64,000 nt of DNA from Gammaproteobacteria bacterium (lineage in GTDB: Bacteria > Pseudomonadota > Gammaproteobacteria > GCA-002705445 > GCA-002716945). Location of the stretch: positions 13,436 through 77,435 of the forward strand of contig NZZP01000017.1 in the NCBI GenBank assembly GCA_002698665.1, in the 5' to 3' direction. Position 1 is the stretch's first letter, and the number at the start of each line of letters is the position of its first letter. Of this stretch, positions 42,616-52,633 are shown in pieces. The notes beneath the pieces are model-generated. The model had not been told where the DNA came from. It saw only the letters and a program-made list of their open reading frames with translations, and made no database searches. Made by a program: the position numbers and the translations under genes.

Positions 42616-44598
42616 ATGGACTCTATAGTTAAAGTAGCTCTAAATCTACCATTATATACAGCATTTGATTACTCCATACCCAGTACGCTAAATAACATTA
42701 AGCCAGGTGTACGTGTAGTTGTAAATTTTGGTTCAAAAACTATGGTTGGAGTTGTCATTCGCAAAAATTATAAAAACGAAGATACTAAAACTGCTTATAA
42801 GATTAAAGAAATAGATAAAGTAATAGATGAAGAGCCAATCATTGTAAAAGATATCTTAAAACTATCGTATTGGGCTGCAGAGTACTATCAGCATCCAATT
42901 GGTCAAGTTATCTTTAGTACTATTCCATCTGCTTTAAAATTAGGCAAGAAGCTTGAGGTAATACAAACTGCAGAAGAAAAAATCAATCTACTAAAAAAAG
43001 TGAAACTGAATGATAGTCAAAATCTAATTTATCATAGCTTAAAAAAAAATTTAAATATATTTTCACCATCACTGATTGAAGGTGTCACTGGTAGTGGAAA
43101 AACAGAAATATATATTAAATTAGCTCAAAAAATTATAAACATGAAAGGTCAAATACTTATTGTGGTACCTGAAATTAATCTGACACCGCAAACTCTTCAA
43201 AGATTTAAAACTTATCTCTCAGGCGAAATATATGAATATCATTCATCATTATCAGAGAAAATTAAAATAGATACATGGCAAAAATGTAAATCTGGGGAAA
43301 TTAATATAATTATTGGAACAAGATCATCTGTTTTTTTACCATTTCAAAATCTCAGAATGATTATAGTAGATGAAGAACACGATGTATCATTGAAACAATC
43401 AGAGAAGTTTAAATATCATGCTAGAGACCTAGCAGTACTTAGAGCAAAACACTCTAATATTCCAATCATATTAGGTAGTGCTACACCGTCATTTGAGAGT
43501 TTATATAATTGCAAGAAAAATAAATACAAGCATTATATATTGAAAACTCGTTTTTATAATAGCAAACTACCATCTGTAAAAGTTGTGGATATTAATACAG
43601 ATACAACTACTGAAGGTTTTTCTTATACACTTATAAAATCTATTGAAGAAAACCTAAAAGAAAAAAAACAAGTTTTATTATTTGTAAATCGAAGAGGTTT
43701 TAGTCACACATTACTATGTAAAACATGTGGATGGATGTCAAAGTGTGGTAACTGTGATGCTTATATGACTTTTCATAAATTTGAGAATAAGCTTTATTGT
43801 CATCATTGTGGAAATCAAAAGAAAATAAATCCAAAAAAAATATGTTCAAATGACAATTGCGAAATAATAGCTTTAGGAGTTGGGACTGAAAGGATAGAAA
43901 AACAAGCAAATAAATTGTTTCCAAATCATAAAATAATGAGAATCGACAGTGACACAATTACCACTCCTAAAAAACTTAAAAAATTTCTAGATAAAGCTCA
44001 TTCTGGTGAAATTGACATACTCATAGGTACTCAAATGCTCGTAAAAGGACATGATTTTCCTAACTTGAACCTTGTTGGGATTATAGATATTGATGCGGGG
44101 CTACACAGTGTTGATTTCAGGGGAATTGAGAAGATCTCTCAGATGATTATTCAAGTTGCAGGAAGATCGGGGCGTCATACTAATCAAGGACAGGTAGTGA
44201 TTCAAACTCGTAAACCAAATCACCCATTAATGACCAAGTTATTAAACAATGGTTATAATAGTTTTTCAAATGATGCATTAGATGAACGCTATAATTCATC
44301 TCTGCCTCCTTATTCTTACTTAACATTATTCAGAGCTTCATCTATGAATAAACTTGATGGGTTAAGTTTCCTTGCGAGAATTAAAAGAGAATTTGATGGT
44401 AATAATTTCAGAATACTAGGCCCTGCAGCTGCTCCTATTTTGAAAAAGAACAATAGATTTATATATCAACTACTAATTAATACTAACAATAGAAAACTTT
44501 TACTACAAAAAACTTCAGAAATAAGAGAATATATAACTAAACAAAAAAAAAGCAGTATCAGATGGTCAATAGATGTTGATCCTATTGATTTGTATTAA
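42616..44598 (+). CDS. priA: Primosomal protein N' (replication restart helicase)
   Basis: N-terminus VALNLPLYTAFDYSIP, Walker A GVTGSGKTE, DEEH box, and Cys-rich zinc-binding insert CKTCGWMSKCGNCDAYMTFH...CHHCG. Confidence 0.95.
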   Translation: MDSIVKVALNLPLYTAFDYSIPSTLNNIKPGVRVVVNFGSKTMVGVVIRKNYKNEDTKTAYKIKEIDKVIDEEPIIVKDILKLSYWAAEYYQHPIGQVIFSTIPSALKLGKKLEVIQTAEEKINLLKKVKLNDSQNLIYHSLKKNLNIFSPSLIEGVTGSGKTEIYIKLAQKIINMKGQILIVVPEINLTPQTLQRFKTYLSGEIYEYHSSLSEKIKIDTWQKCKSGEINIIIGTRSSVFLPFQNLRMIIVDEEHDVSLKQSEKFKYHARDLAVLRAKHSNIPIILGSATPSFESLYNCKKNKYKHYILKTRFYNSKLPSVKVVDINTDTTTEGFSYTLIKSIEENLKEKKQVLLFVNRRGFSHTLLCKTCGWMSKCGNCDAYMTFHKFENKLYCHHCGNQKKINPKKICSNDNCEIIALGVGTERIEKQANKLFPNHKIMRIDSDTITTPKKLKKFLDKAHSGEIDILIGTQMLVKGHDFPNLNLVGIIDIDAGLHSVDFRGIEKISQMIIQVAGRSGRHTNQGQVVIQTRKPNHPLMTKLLNNGYNSFSNDALDERYNSSLPPYSYLTLFRASSMNKLDGLSFLARIKREFDGNNFRILGPAAAPILKKNNRFIYQLLINTNNRKLLLQKTSEIREYITKQKKSSIRWSIDVDPIDLY

Positions 44599-44618
44599 CT
44601 CAAATATGAGGATAAAGA

Positions 44619-46244
44619 TTGAAAGATATAATTAAACAATTAGTAAGTAAGGCAATAAGGGAATCATACCCTGGAAGTAATTTTGAAGAGTTCATAGAAG
44701 TACAGAATGTAACCGCAAAAAATATCGATGCAGATTATTTTACTAATATTTCTATGAAGCTGGCCAAAAAACTAAAAATAAATCCAACGACTATTGCAGA
44801 AAAAATAATTGCCAGTTTAGATAAACAAGAGGATTTTATATATTTTTTTTCAAAACCTGGCTATATAAATTTCAAAGTTACAGATATTATGAAGAATAAT
44901 ATTATACAGAAAATTAATGAATCTGATAATCTATTGTATGGATGCAAGACTGATAATCCAAAAAAAATAAATGTTGAATTTGTATCAGCTAACCCAACTG
45001 GGCCACTCCATGTAGGACATGGCAGGGGTGCAATTTATGGAAATATAATTGCTAAGTTTTTAACTATACAAGGTCATAATGTTACGAAGGAATATTATGT
45101 AAATGATTTCGGTAATCAAATTCATATTCTACTAATAAGTATATTTTCTAAAATAGATAATGAATATGCGGCTGGATATAATGAACTGTATCAAGGAGAA
45201 TATATCAATCACATCGCATCTAATCTCACTGAAGAACAGAAAAAATTAATAATAAATAATTCTAAAGACTTTTTTAAAAAAATTGATAGCAGTGGGCCTG
45301 AAAAAAATCTAAAAACTCATATTGTAAATCTGATGGTAGGCATTATACAGCAATCATTGATGAATCTAAATATAGATTTTGATAACTGGTTTTATGAATC
45401 TTCGTTATTTGAAAACAATAATGTTTCAAAAATTATAAATAAATTGGAACAAGATAATTATACCTTTACAAAAGATGGCGCCCTTATGATACAAGCTGAC
45501 GAGCCTAGAGTAATAATTAAATCTGATGGAAACTATACATATTTTGCTAGTGATTTAGCATATCACAACATAAAAATGAATGACTATGATTCAGTGATAA
45601 ACATATGGGGAGCTGATCATCATGGTTATTTACCGAGAGTTAAAGTAGGTCTGAAGGCGCTAGGGCACGATATTGATAAACTAGATGTTCACCTTGTACA
45701 ATTTGCAAATTTATTTAAGAATGGGGAAAAAATATCGATGTCTACACGTAAAGGACAATATATTGAATTAGAATCATTAAGGAAGGAAATAGGCAATGAT
45801 GCTATAAACTTCTTTTATCTAACAAAAAATAAGGACCAACATATTGATTTTGATCTTAATATTGCAATTCAAGATAGTAAGAATAATCCTGTTTATTATA
45901 TACAGTATGCCTTTGCTAGAATTGAAAAAATATTAATATCGATAGAAGGATATGATATCAATAAACATAAATTTAAAACATTGGATAATGATTCTGAGAA
46001 AGAAATTATTGATACACTCAATAGCTTTACAGAAATCTTTCATAAAGCGATTATTCAGCTAGAACCACATTTAATTACTAACTATCTATATAAACTTTCT
46101 CAAGAATTTCACAGTTACTATGCAAATGTAAAAATCTTAGACAATAAAATTAACTATGATAGAGTATATCTCATTAAGGCTATTCAGAAAGTTATAAAAT
46201 GCGGGCTAGACTTACTAAACATAAGTAGTCCAAAGGAAATGTAA
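44619..46244 (+). CDS. argS: Arginine--tRNA ligase (TTG start)
   Basis: Class I HIGH-type motif SANPTGPLHVGHGRGA and a C-terminal anticodon-binding domain. priA-argS order. Confidence 0.95.
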   Translation: MKDIIKQLVSKAIRESYPGSNFEEFIEVQNVTAKNIDADYFTNISMKLAKKLKINPTTIAEKIIASLDKQEDFIYFFSKPGYINFKVTDIMKNNIIQKINESDNLLYGCKTDNPKKINVEFVSANPTGPLHVGHGRGAIYGNIIAKFLTIQGHNVTKEYYVNDFGNQIHILLISIFSKIDNEYAAGYNELYQGEYINHIASNLTEEQKKLIINNSKDFFKKIDSSGPEKNLKTHIVNLMVGIIQQSLMNLNIDFDNWFYESSLFENNNVSKIINKLEQDNYTFTKDGALMIQADEPRVIIKSDGNYTYFASDLAYHNIKMNDYDSVINIWGADHHGYLPRVKVGLKALGHDIDKLDVHLVQFANLFKNGEKISMSTRKGQYIELESLRKEIGNDAINFFYLTKNKDQHIDFDLNIAIQDSKNNPVYYIQYAFARIEKILISIEGYDINKHKFKTLDNDSEKEIIDTLNSFTEIFHKAIIQLEPHLITNYLYKLSQEFHSYYANVKILDNKINYDRVYLIKAIQKVIKCGLDLLNISSPKEM

Positions 46245-47086
46245 TGAAACAAAATAAAATAGCGATTATATATGATTTTGATGGAACATTAACACCCAAA
46301 ACAATGCAAGAATATACATTGCTACCAAAGCTGGGTATTAATCCTAATATGTTTTGGAAAAATATTATTAGAGAGGCTAGTCTAACTGGTGGTGAGACAA
46401 TGATGGTTTATATGAGACAGCTACTCGAACAAGCTAACAAAAAAAATATTAAAATTTCCAAGAATGAGTTTTATAAAATGGGGAAAGATATTAAATATTA
46501 TAAAGGAGTTAAAGAATGGTTTCAGAATATTAATAATTATGTGAAAGACAAATCCGGAAATAATATAGATATATGTCATTATATAATTTCTGCTGGCCAT
46601 CTTGAAATATTAGAAGGCATATCTATCAAAAAATATATTAAAACGATTTTTGCTTCTGAATACTTTTATGATAAGAGTAAACATGCAAGATTTCCAAAAG
46701 TTGTAGTCACGGATACTACAAAAACTCAGTATTTATTTAGAATAAATAAAGGCAAGGAAAAATTATCTGAGAGCATTAATACTCATATGCCAGAATCACA
46801 TAGACCAATACCCTTTGATAATATAATATATATTGGCGATGGTTTGACTGATGTCCCTAGCATGGCTTTAATAAAAAAAGAAGGTGGCCATTCTATTGCG
46901 GTATATCAAAAAAGAATTACAGAACAAGTTAATACATGTAAAGATCTCTATAATGCTCAAAGAGTAGATTTTATTGCAGAAGCTGACTATAGGCGTAATT
47001 CTAGGCTTTATAAAAATACATGTTTATTATTAAATTATATAATTTCAAAAATACAATATGAATTAGAATTAAAGAAATTTAAATAA
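46244..47086 (+). CDS. HAD superfamily (subfamily IB, MtnX/PSP-like) phosphatase
   Basis: HAD motif I IYDFDGTLT and motif IV IGDGLTDVP. Overall spacing resembles HAD-IB. Confidence 0.65.
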   Translation: MKQNKIAIIYDFDGTLTPKTMQEYTLLPKLGINPNMFWKNIIREASLTGGETMMVYMRQLLEQANKKNIKISKNEFYKMGKDIKYYKGVKEWFQNINNYVKDKSGNNIDICHYIISAGHLEILEGISIKKYIKTIFASEYFYDKSKHARFPKVVVTDTTKTQYLFRINKGKEKLSESINTHMPESHRPIPFDNIIYIGDGLTDVPSMALIKKEGGHSIAVYQKRITEQVNTCKDLYNAQRVDFIAEADYRRNSRLYKNTCLLLNYIISKIQYELELKKFK

Positions 47087-47485
47087 CTATTTTTCTTTTA
47101 TCATAATTAAATCATTGCTTCTATCAAGAAACTTATATTGTAATTTAGTAATGTTAAAGGAATCATTTAAGGATGAAATTACATCTTGAAGATTAAAATC
47201 CTTACAGCTATAAACATCAAGCTGAAATAATCCAGGATCTTGCTCGTCCCATATATGAAGTACTATATGACTTGTTTCTATTAGAGCCATACATGTGATA
47301 CCACGATTTCCTTTTTGGTTAATATACGAAATATTAGGCCCCTGCAAGAGTTTCATGTTTATTTTGTTTATAAGATTATTCATCCAAGCTAGGACATAGC
47401 CTAAATCATCTTGCATGGGGCAATTATTTACTTCGGCGCGTATTAAAAGGTGTTTATGTTTTAACAATAATATATTCTCCTTCAA
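47087..47485 (-). CDS. speD: S-adenosylmethionine decarboxylase proenzyme (small pyruvoyl type)
   Basis: ETSHIVLHIWDEQDPGLFQLDVYSC matches the bacterial AdoMetDC cleavage and active region ESHLTIHTWPE...DVYTCG (Ser of ESH becomes pyruvoyl). Divergent from speE. Confidence 0.8.
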   Translation of the reverse strand: MKENILLLKHKHLLIRAEVNNCPMQDDLGYVLAWMNNLINKINMKLLQGPNISYINQKGNRGITCMALIETSHIVLHIWDEQDPGLFQLDVYSCKDFNLQDVISSLNDSFNITKLQYKFLDRSNDLIMIKEK

Positions 47486-47525
47486 TTTAGAAATATAAGC
47501 AAAGATATTATATAATCAAAAGCAA

Positions 47526-48272
47526 TTGAACCATTATATACAAAGGTCTATGTTAATAAAAGAATATAACGAAGAATCGGGGACAGTATTCAGCATAGAG
47601 TGCAATAAGCTTTTGTATCGAGGAAAATCAGAATATCAGAAAATAGAAGTATATGAATCAATAAATTATGGAAGTATTCTGTTACTTGATAATTGCTTTA
47701 TGATTACAGAAAAAGGATTTGAGCAATATCATGACAAATGTGTTTTCCTAGCTAAAACCAAAAAGAAGTCTCTTAATATACTAATTATTGGAGGAGGTGA
47801 TTTTGGTTTAGTTAACAAAATCTTTAATTCTATTGATGTAAAAAATATAGATGTGGTTGAGATAGATGATAAGGTAATTAAGATATGTAAAAAATATTTT
47901 GTGAATAATTTTAAATTACATCAAAAGAATAGAAAAAAAGTAAATATCATTATAGATGATGGATATAAATACGTTAATAATTATGATGGTAATAAATATG
48001 ATATGATTATCATCGATTGTACTGATCCTAATGTAATTGCGAACAAATTATACTCGACCATTTTTTATAAAAATATTTATAACATACTATCCAAAAATGC
48101 AATTTTTATACAACAGAGTGGATCACCATATTTAGATGTAAAGAAAATTATTGAACCTGCTAGCAGAAAGCTCAAAAAAATTGGAATGCGATCATTAAGT
48201 GTAAATTCTTTTTCTATGCCATTATATCCTTTAGGTATGTGGTCTTTCATTAAATGTAAAAAGGCGCAATAA
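47526..48272 (+). CDS. speE: Spermidine synthase (the ORF opens at a TTG; likely ATG start at 47550)
   Basis: ILIIGGGDFG, VVEIDDKVIKICKKYF and IIIDCTDP motifs typical of SpeE. Confidence 0.85.
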   Translation: MNHYIQRSMLIKEYNEESGTVFSIECNKLLYRGKSEYQKIEVYESINYGSILLLDNCFMITEKGFEQYHDKCVFLAKTKKKSLNILIIGGGDFGLVNKIFNSIDVKNIDVVEIDDKVIKICKKYFVNNFKLHQKNRKKVNIIIDDGYKYVNNYDGNKYDMIIIDCTDPNVIANKLYSTIFYKNIYNILSKNAIFIQQSGSPYLDVKKIIEPASRKLKKIGMRSLSVNSFSMPLYPLGMWSFIKCKKAQ

Positions 48273-48281
48273 AATTGCGCC
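48263..48281. terminator. Bidirectional rho-independent terminator between convergent speE and amtB
   Basis: 8-bp perfect stem GGCGCAAT / ATTGCGCC with a 3-nt loop. It is flanked by an A-run upstream and CTTTTCTTT downstream, so it works in both orientations. It overlaps the last codons of speE. Confidence 0.65.
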
Positions 48282-48300
48282 TTTTCTTTATAGTTTAGAA

Positions 48301-49569
48301 CTATTTTTTTGGATAAACCGATGGACCACCATCCATTGATTTGCTGAATTCAGGGTATGCTTCGATACCACATTCAGAAATATCAATGCCATCTTCTTCT
48401 TCTTCCGCAGTAACTCTAATTCCGAATAGCATTTTAATGATATTCCATATAATTAGACTCACTATGAACGTCCATAAGAATATGACGATAGTTCCATAGA
48501 TTTGTGCACCAAGAGAGCCGCCAGTTAAAGATACAGCTAACAATCCCCAGATACCACATGTACCATGAGCTGATATAGCTCCGACAGGATCGTCTATTCT
48601 CATTTTATCTAGTGTAACAATTGAGAATACAACTATTAGTCCACCTATAACTCCAATGATTAGAGCTAATCCTGGTGTTGGTGCTAGTGGTTCCGCTGTA
48701 ATAGAAACAAGACCACCAATAGCTCCATTTAGTGCCATTGTAAGGTCTGATTTACCAAACATAAGTTTAGACAAAATCAATGCTCCCATAACACCACCAG
48801 CTGCTGATAAGTTTGTGTTTACAAATATCAATGATACTGCATTTGCCTCAGCAACATTTGAGATAATCAATTCAGATCCACCATTAAATCCAAACCAACC
48901 TAACCATAAGATGAATGTTCCAAGTGTAGCTAGCGGTAAATTAGCACCTGGCATAGCTTGAACTTTTCCATCTTTGTATTTTCCTTTTCTAGATCCTAAG
49001 ACCATAACGCCTGCTAATGCTGCTGCGGCACCACATAGATGCACTACACCAGAACCAGCAAAATCAGAAAAGCCGGCAGCATCTAAAAATCCGCCGCCCC
49101 ATTTCCAATATCCTTGTACTGGGTATATTATACTGGTCATAAATACACAGAATAATAAAAATGGCCATAGCTTCATTCTTTCCGCTACAGCACCAGATAT
49201 AATTGAACACGCTGTAGCTACAAAAACTACTTGAAAGAAATGATCAGATATACCTGAGTAGTAAATATCTCCACCACTTGCAATAACGTCTTCAGCAGAA
49301 TTGTCACCACCCAAGAAAAAGGCTAAATCTGGAATAATACCAGAGCCTCCTGCGGGGTACATCAAATTATACCCAACAACCATGTACATAATACAGGCTA
49401 TAGAGTATAGAGCGATGTTTTTGGTCAGAATTTCTGCAGTATTTTTTGCTCTGACAAGACCAGATTCAAGCATTGTGAATCCAGCTGCCATCCACATGAC
49501 GAACGCACCCATTACAAGAAAGTAAAATGTATCAAGTGCATAAGCCAGTTCAATGACTTGTGTTTCCAT
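48301..49569 (-). CDS. amtB: Ammonium transporter
   Basis: 422-aa multi-TM Amt family protein with conserved Amt signature regions. Downstream of glnK. Confidence 0.95.
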   Translation of the reverse strand: METQVIELAYALDTFYFLVMGAFVMWMAAGFTMLESGLVRAKNTAEILTKNIALYSIACIMYMVVGYNLMYPAGGSGIIPDLAFFLGGDNSAEDVIASGGDIYYSGISDHFFQVVFVATACSIISGAVAERMKLWPFLLFCVFMTSIIYPVQGYWKWGGGFLDAAGFSDFAGSGVVHLCGAAAALAGVMVLGSRKGKYKDGKVQAMPGANLPLATLGTFILWLGWFGFNGGSELIISNVAEANAVSLIFVNTNLSAAGGVMGALILSKLMFGKSDLTMALNGAIGGLVSITAEPLAPTPGLALIIGVIGGLIVVFSIVTLDKMRIDDPVGAISAHGTCGIWGLLAVSLTGGSLGAQIYGTIVIFLWTFIVSLIIWNIIKMLFGIRVTAEEEEDGIDISECGIEAYPEFSKSMDGGPSVYPKK

Positions 49570-49599
49570 TAGGTTCTCCTAATTAATAAAGTTTATTAA

Positions 49600-49981
<382 letters not shown>

Positions 49982-50665
49982 CTAGAAACTATAGCCGAGA
50001 CTAAAGACTCCAAATGTTGTATCTACAGCACTTGCACCTCTAGTTCCCTGTGTAATGTCGTCATCGTTTCTACCTATTTGTAAACCGACGTCAACACCTG
50101 CAACTGATGTTGCATAATCTAACGTATAAACATTACCTTTTAGAGATGAATCTCCTCCCCAAAAGCCTGCAGTCAATGTCATTGGTAAACCAACAACTCC
50201 AAGATCTAATGCTATAGAAGTAAAACGGTATCCTGTATCAGTAACTGAACTACCATCATAATTACCATCAGCATGATCTATAGCAATTGGGCCCATCGCA
50301 ACACCAAAGTTAATTTCTTCATAATCTGAATCAAAATTATCAGTGTAGTAATAGCCAGTAGCTCCTAAGTACATATCCATTCCCATTGCGCTAAATGCAT
50401 AGCCAGCATAGTAGTCATGTTCAAGACCTGAATCAACATCGGCCCACCATGTGCCTAAATAAAATCCGCCAGCTTCATAATCTGCTCCAAAACTTACAGC
50501 AGAATCTGATTGGTGAACACCTCTATACCAATACTCTGACATATAGCCAACATTGTAGCTAACAGATGATTCCTCTGCTACAGCAGATTCTGATGCTACA
50601 GCAATCGGTGCCATCAGTGCTATTGCCATAAACGCAGATAGCATTTTTCTCATTAGTGTTTTCAT
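49982..50665 (-). CDS. Outer-membrane beta-barrel porin-like protein. I resemble it loosely to a 'TorF-like putative porin' family from memory. Encoded upstream of glnK-amtB. The ORF opens at 50677; the likely start is Met5 (MKTLM), which has a GGAG Shine-Dalgarno.
   Basis: Signal peptide MKTLMRKMLSAFMAIALMAPIAVA. It has a G/Y/D/S/T-rich composition with alternating hydrophobic residues, a C-terminal ...GYSF aromatic terminus, and about 225 aa. Confidence 0.6.
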   Translation of the reverse strand: MKTLMRKMLSAFMAIALMAPIAVASESAVAEESSVSYNVGYMSEYWYRGVHQSDSAVSFGADYEAGGFYLGTWWADVDSGLEHDYYAGYAFSAMGMDMYLGATGYYYTDNFDSDYEEINFGVAMGPIAIDHADGNYDGSSVTDTGYRFTSIALDLGVVGLPMTLTAGFWGGDSSLKGNVYTLDYATSVAGVDVGLQIGRNDDDITQGTRGASAVDTTFGVFSLGYSF

Positions 50666-50680
50666 ATTTTTCTCCATATA

Positions 50681-50748
50681 TTTTAAGTTTTAATTAAGGC
50701 TTATAATTGAGTTTTAAGTCTTAAGTTTTAGGCGGACGTATATCAACG
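50681..50748 (+). repeat. Copy A of the promoter/leader module, inverted relative to copy B and expanded by an extra TTAAGTTTTA unit, with ACG in place of the ATG
   Basis: Plus strand TTTTAAGTTTTAATTAAGGC-TTATAATTGAGTTTTA-AGTCTTAAGTTTTA-GGCGGACGTATATCAACG. TTAAGTTTTA occurs at 50683-50692 and 50721-50730. Confidence 0.6.
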
Positions 50749-50771
50749 TAATTAGCCTAGCACTCTATGTT

Positions 50772-50788
50772 ATGCATAAACTATGCCA
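50772..50788 (-). promoter_or_regulatory. Candidate sigma54 (-24/-12) promoter directed at the porin-glnK-amtB unit
   Basis: The minus strand reads TGGCAT-AGTTT-ATGCA against the consensus TGGCAC-N5-TTGCA. GG and GC are conserved with correct spacing, and there is one mismatch in each element. It lies about 95 nt upstream of the porin start. Confidence 0.3.
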
Positions 50789-50910
50789 GAACCGTAAATG
50801 CCTAGTTAATTGAACGTATTTATTATCCCATAATGTAATATAATGTACATATCTAATAATGATAATGTTAATGTACGAAATAGTGCATAAACTATCAAAA
50901 TGGTGCAGCA

Positions 50911-51135
50911 ATGGAAGAAAATAGAATAATTGAACTTGTTAAAAGAATTGAGGGATTATTGCCATCCGATAAAGACGGTCTAAAGGAAGAAGTAAGAAAT
51001 AATATCAAATCCCTCATAGAAGATTATTTACATAAGCTAAATCTTGTCACAAGAGAAGAATTTGATATACAAAGAGATGTTTTGCTTAAAACTAGACTGA
51101 AAATTGAAGAATTAGAGAAGAAACTGAATAATTAA
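50911..51135 (+). CDS. ubiK: Ubiquinone biosynthesis accessory factor UbiK (YqiC/BMFP family)
   Basis: LNLVTREEFDIQRDVLLKTRLKIEELEKK matches E. coli YqiC [29 protein letters not shown]. Confidence 0.8.
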   Translation: MEENRIIELVKRIEGLLPSDKDGLKEEVRNNIKSLIEDYLHKLNLVTREEFDIQRDVLLKTRLKIEELEKKLNN

Positions 51136-51629
51136 TTAGTTTTTGATAATATATAGTCAACCGCAGAATTAACTTCGTCATCAGATAAGCTTGTAACGCC
51201 CCCTTTGGCTGGCATAATTCCTATGCCATTGATAGCGTTTAGATATAGCTGATCTTTACCTTTAGCTAATCTATCGGACCATTGAGAACTATTACCAATC
51301 ATTGGAGCACCTGCCGCACCACTTGTATGGCATGACATACACACTGCATTATAAACTTCTTCTCCGGATTTTGGTGTTAAATTAGTTTTTGCAGCCACTA
51401 TTATTTCCTGTTTAATCGACGGGTTGCTGGCTAGGTTGATTTTTCCTGTAGGCTCAGTTCTTATATTACTCAAAGATTGTAATTCAGATTTGTAGTTTTC
51501 ATGGGCATCAGTAGAATAGCTAGCAAAGATTTTGGATAGTATTGCAATTATAATGGTCAACAAAACAATTATCGCAGTAATTACTGCAAATATTTTATAA
51601 AATTCTGGGTCTGTTGTTTTGTTATCCAT
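51132..51629 (-). CDS. Membrane-anchored cytochrome c5 family protein
   Basis: N-terminal TM helix and a single heme site CMSCH followed by a Met-rich cyt c5-like region (GIMPAKGG). Confidence 0.75.
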   Translation of the reverse strand: MDNKTTDPEFYKIFAVITAIIVLLTIIIAILSKIFASYSTDAHENYKSELQSLSNIRTEPTGKINLASNPSIKQEIIVAAKTNLTPKSGEEVYNAVCMSCHTSGAAGAPMIGNSSQWSDRLAKGKDQLYLNAINGIGIMPAKGGVTSLSDDEVNSAVDYILSKTN

Positions 51630-51697
51630 ATAAATTTTCCATGTATTATTCTTTGTGTAGATTATACTAAAAGAAATAATAAAATCATTATAAATTT

Positions 51698-51771
51698 GCG
51701 TCTGTAGCTCAGTTGGATAGAGCGTTAGCTTCCGAAGCTAAAGGTCAGAAGTTCGAATCTTCTCAGGCGCT
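51698..51771 (+). tRNA. tRNA-Arg (anticodon CCG)
   Basis: GCGTCTG acceptor stem paired with CAGGCGC, D-arm GCTC/GAGC, anticodon stem TTAGC/GCTAA with loop TTCCGAA (anticodon CCG), and T-arm AGAAG-TTCGAAT-CTTCT. Confidence 0.85.
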
Positions 51772-52619
51772 TACCCTATTCTCTCAGCAGCAATAATCGT
51801 GTTTTCTATTAATGCGCAAACAGTCATTGGACCAACTCCACCAGGAACCGGTGTAATACTAGAAGCCTTGATTGATGCTGAATCAAAATCTACATCTCCA
51901 CATAATTTTCCATCTATATTATGTATGCCCACATCTATTACTATTGATCCTTCGGGTATTTGATCACCATGAATGAACTTTGGTATTCCTACAGCAACGA
52001 TAATAATATCAGCATCTGCGAGCTTAGCATTCAAATCTTTTGTTCGTGAGTGACACATTGTCACAGTAGCATGCTGCTGTAGACATAATATAGCTACTGG
52101 TTTTCCGACAATATTTGATCTGCCCACAACTGTTACATTCTTCCCGGTTAAATTAGTCCCGGTGGAAGCCAACATTTGCATAATACCTTTCGGTGTGCAT
52201 GAAACAAGAGTGTCTTCTCCTAAAAATAACTTACCGACATTTGTTGGTGTGAACCCATCAACATCTTTAGAAGGGTGAATTCTGTTTAAAACTTTAGCTA
52301 CAGAGATATGATCTGGGAGAGGTAATTGAACAATAACCCCATGAATGGATTTATCATTATTAATATTATCTATTACTGTTAATATCTCATCCTCAGTTAC
52401 ATCTTTTTTAAACCTTCTTACTTCTGATTCTATCCCTGCCTTAACAGCAAATTTTTCTTTTTGCGCTACATAACTGGCTGATGCCTTCACATCACCGACT
52501 AGCACTACAACAAGCTTAGGTTTGATATTATTTTCATTGAGTGCAATAACTTTATTCTTGAGATCAGTGGTCAAAATCTGTTCTGCCACTTCTCTACCGC
52601 TTATTATTTTTGCTGTCAT
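51771..52619 (-). CDS. folD: Bifunctional methylenetetrahydrofolate dehydrogenase/cyclohydrolase
   Basis: FolD N-terminus IISGREVAEQI...KPKLVVVLVGDVKASASYV and an NAD-binding GRSNIVGKP motif. Confidence 0.95.
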   Translation of the reverse strand: MTAKIISGREVAEQILTTDLKNKVIALNENNIKPKLVVVLVGDVKASASYVAQKEKFAVKAGIESEVRRFKKDVTEDEILTVIDNINNDKSIHGVIVQLPLPDHISVAKVLNRIHPSKDVDGFTPTNVGKLFLGEDTLVSCTPKGIMQMLASTGTNLTGKNVTVVGRSNIVGKPVAILCLQQHATVTMCHSRTKDLNAKLADADIIIVAVGIPKFIHGDQIPEGSIVIDVGIHNIDGKLCGDVDFDSASIKASSITPVPGGVGPMTVCALIENTIIAAERIG

Positions 52620-52633
52620 TATTTACTCCTTTA

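Noticed and set aside
48656-49525. Three plus-strand ORFs (101, 86 and 74 aa) inside amtB, and the 90-aa minus-strand ORF 49596-49868 inside glnK
   Set aside because: They overlap conserved coding sequence in alternative frames. They arise because these genes are locally GC-richer, which gives fewer stop codons.
50884-50907. TGCA ... TGGTGCA as an NtrC binding site upstream of the porin/glnK unit
   Set aside because: The half-sites span 24 bp rather than the 17-bp NtrC palindrome, and the left half matches only TGCA.
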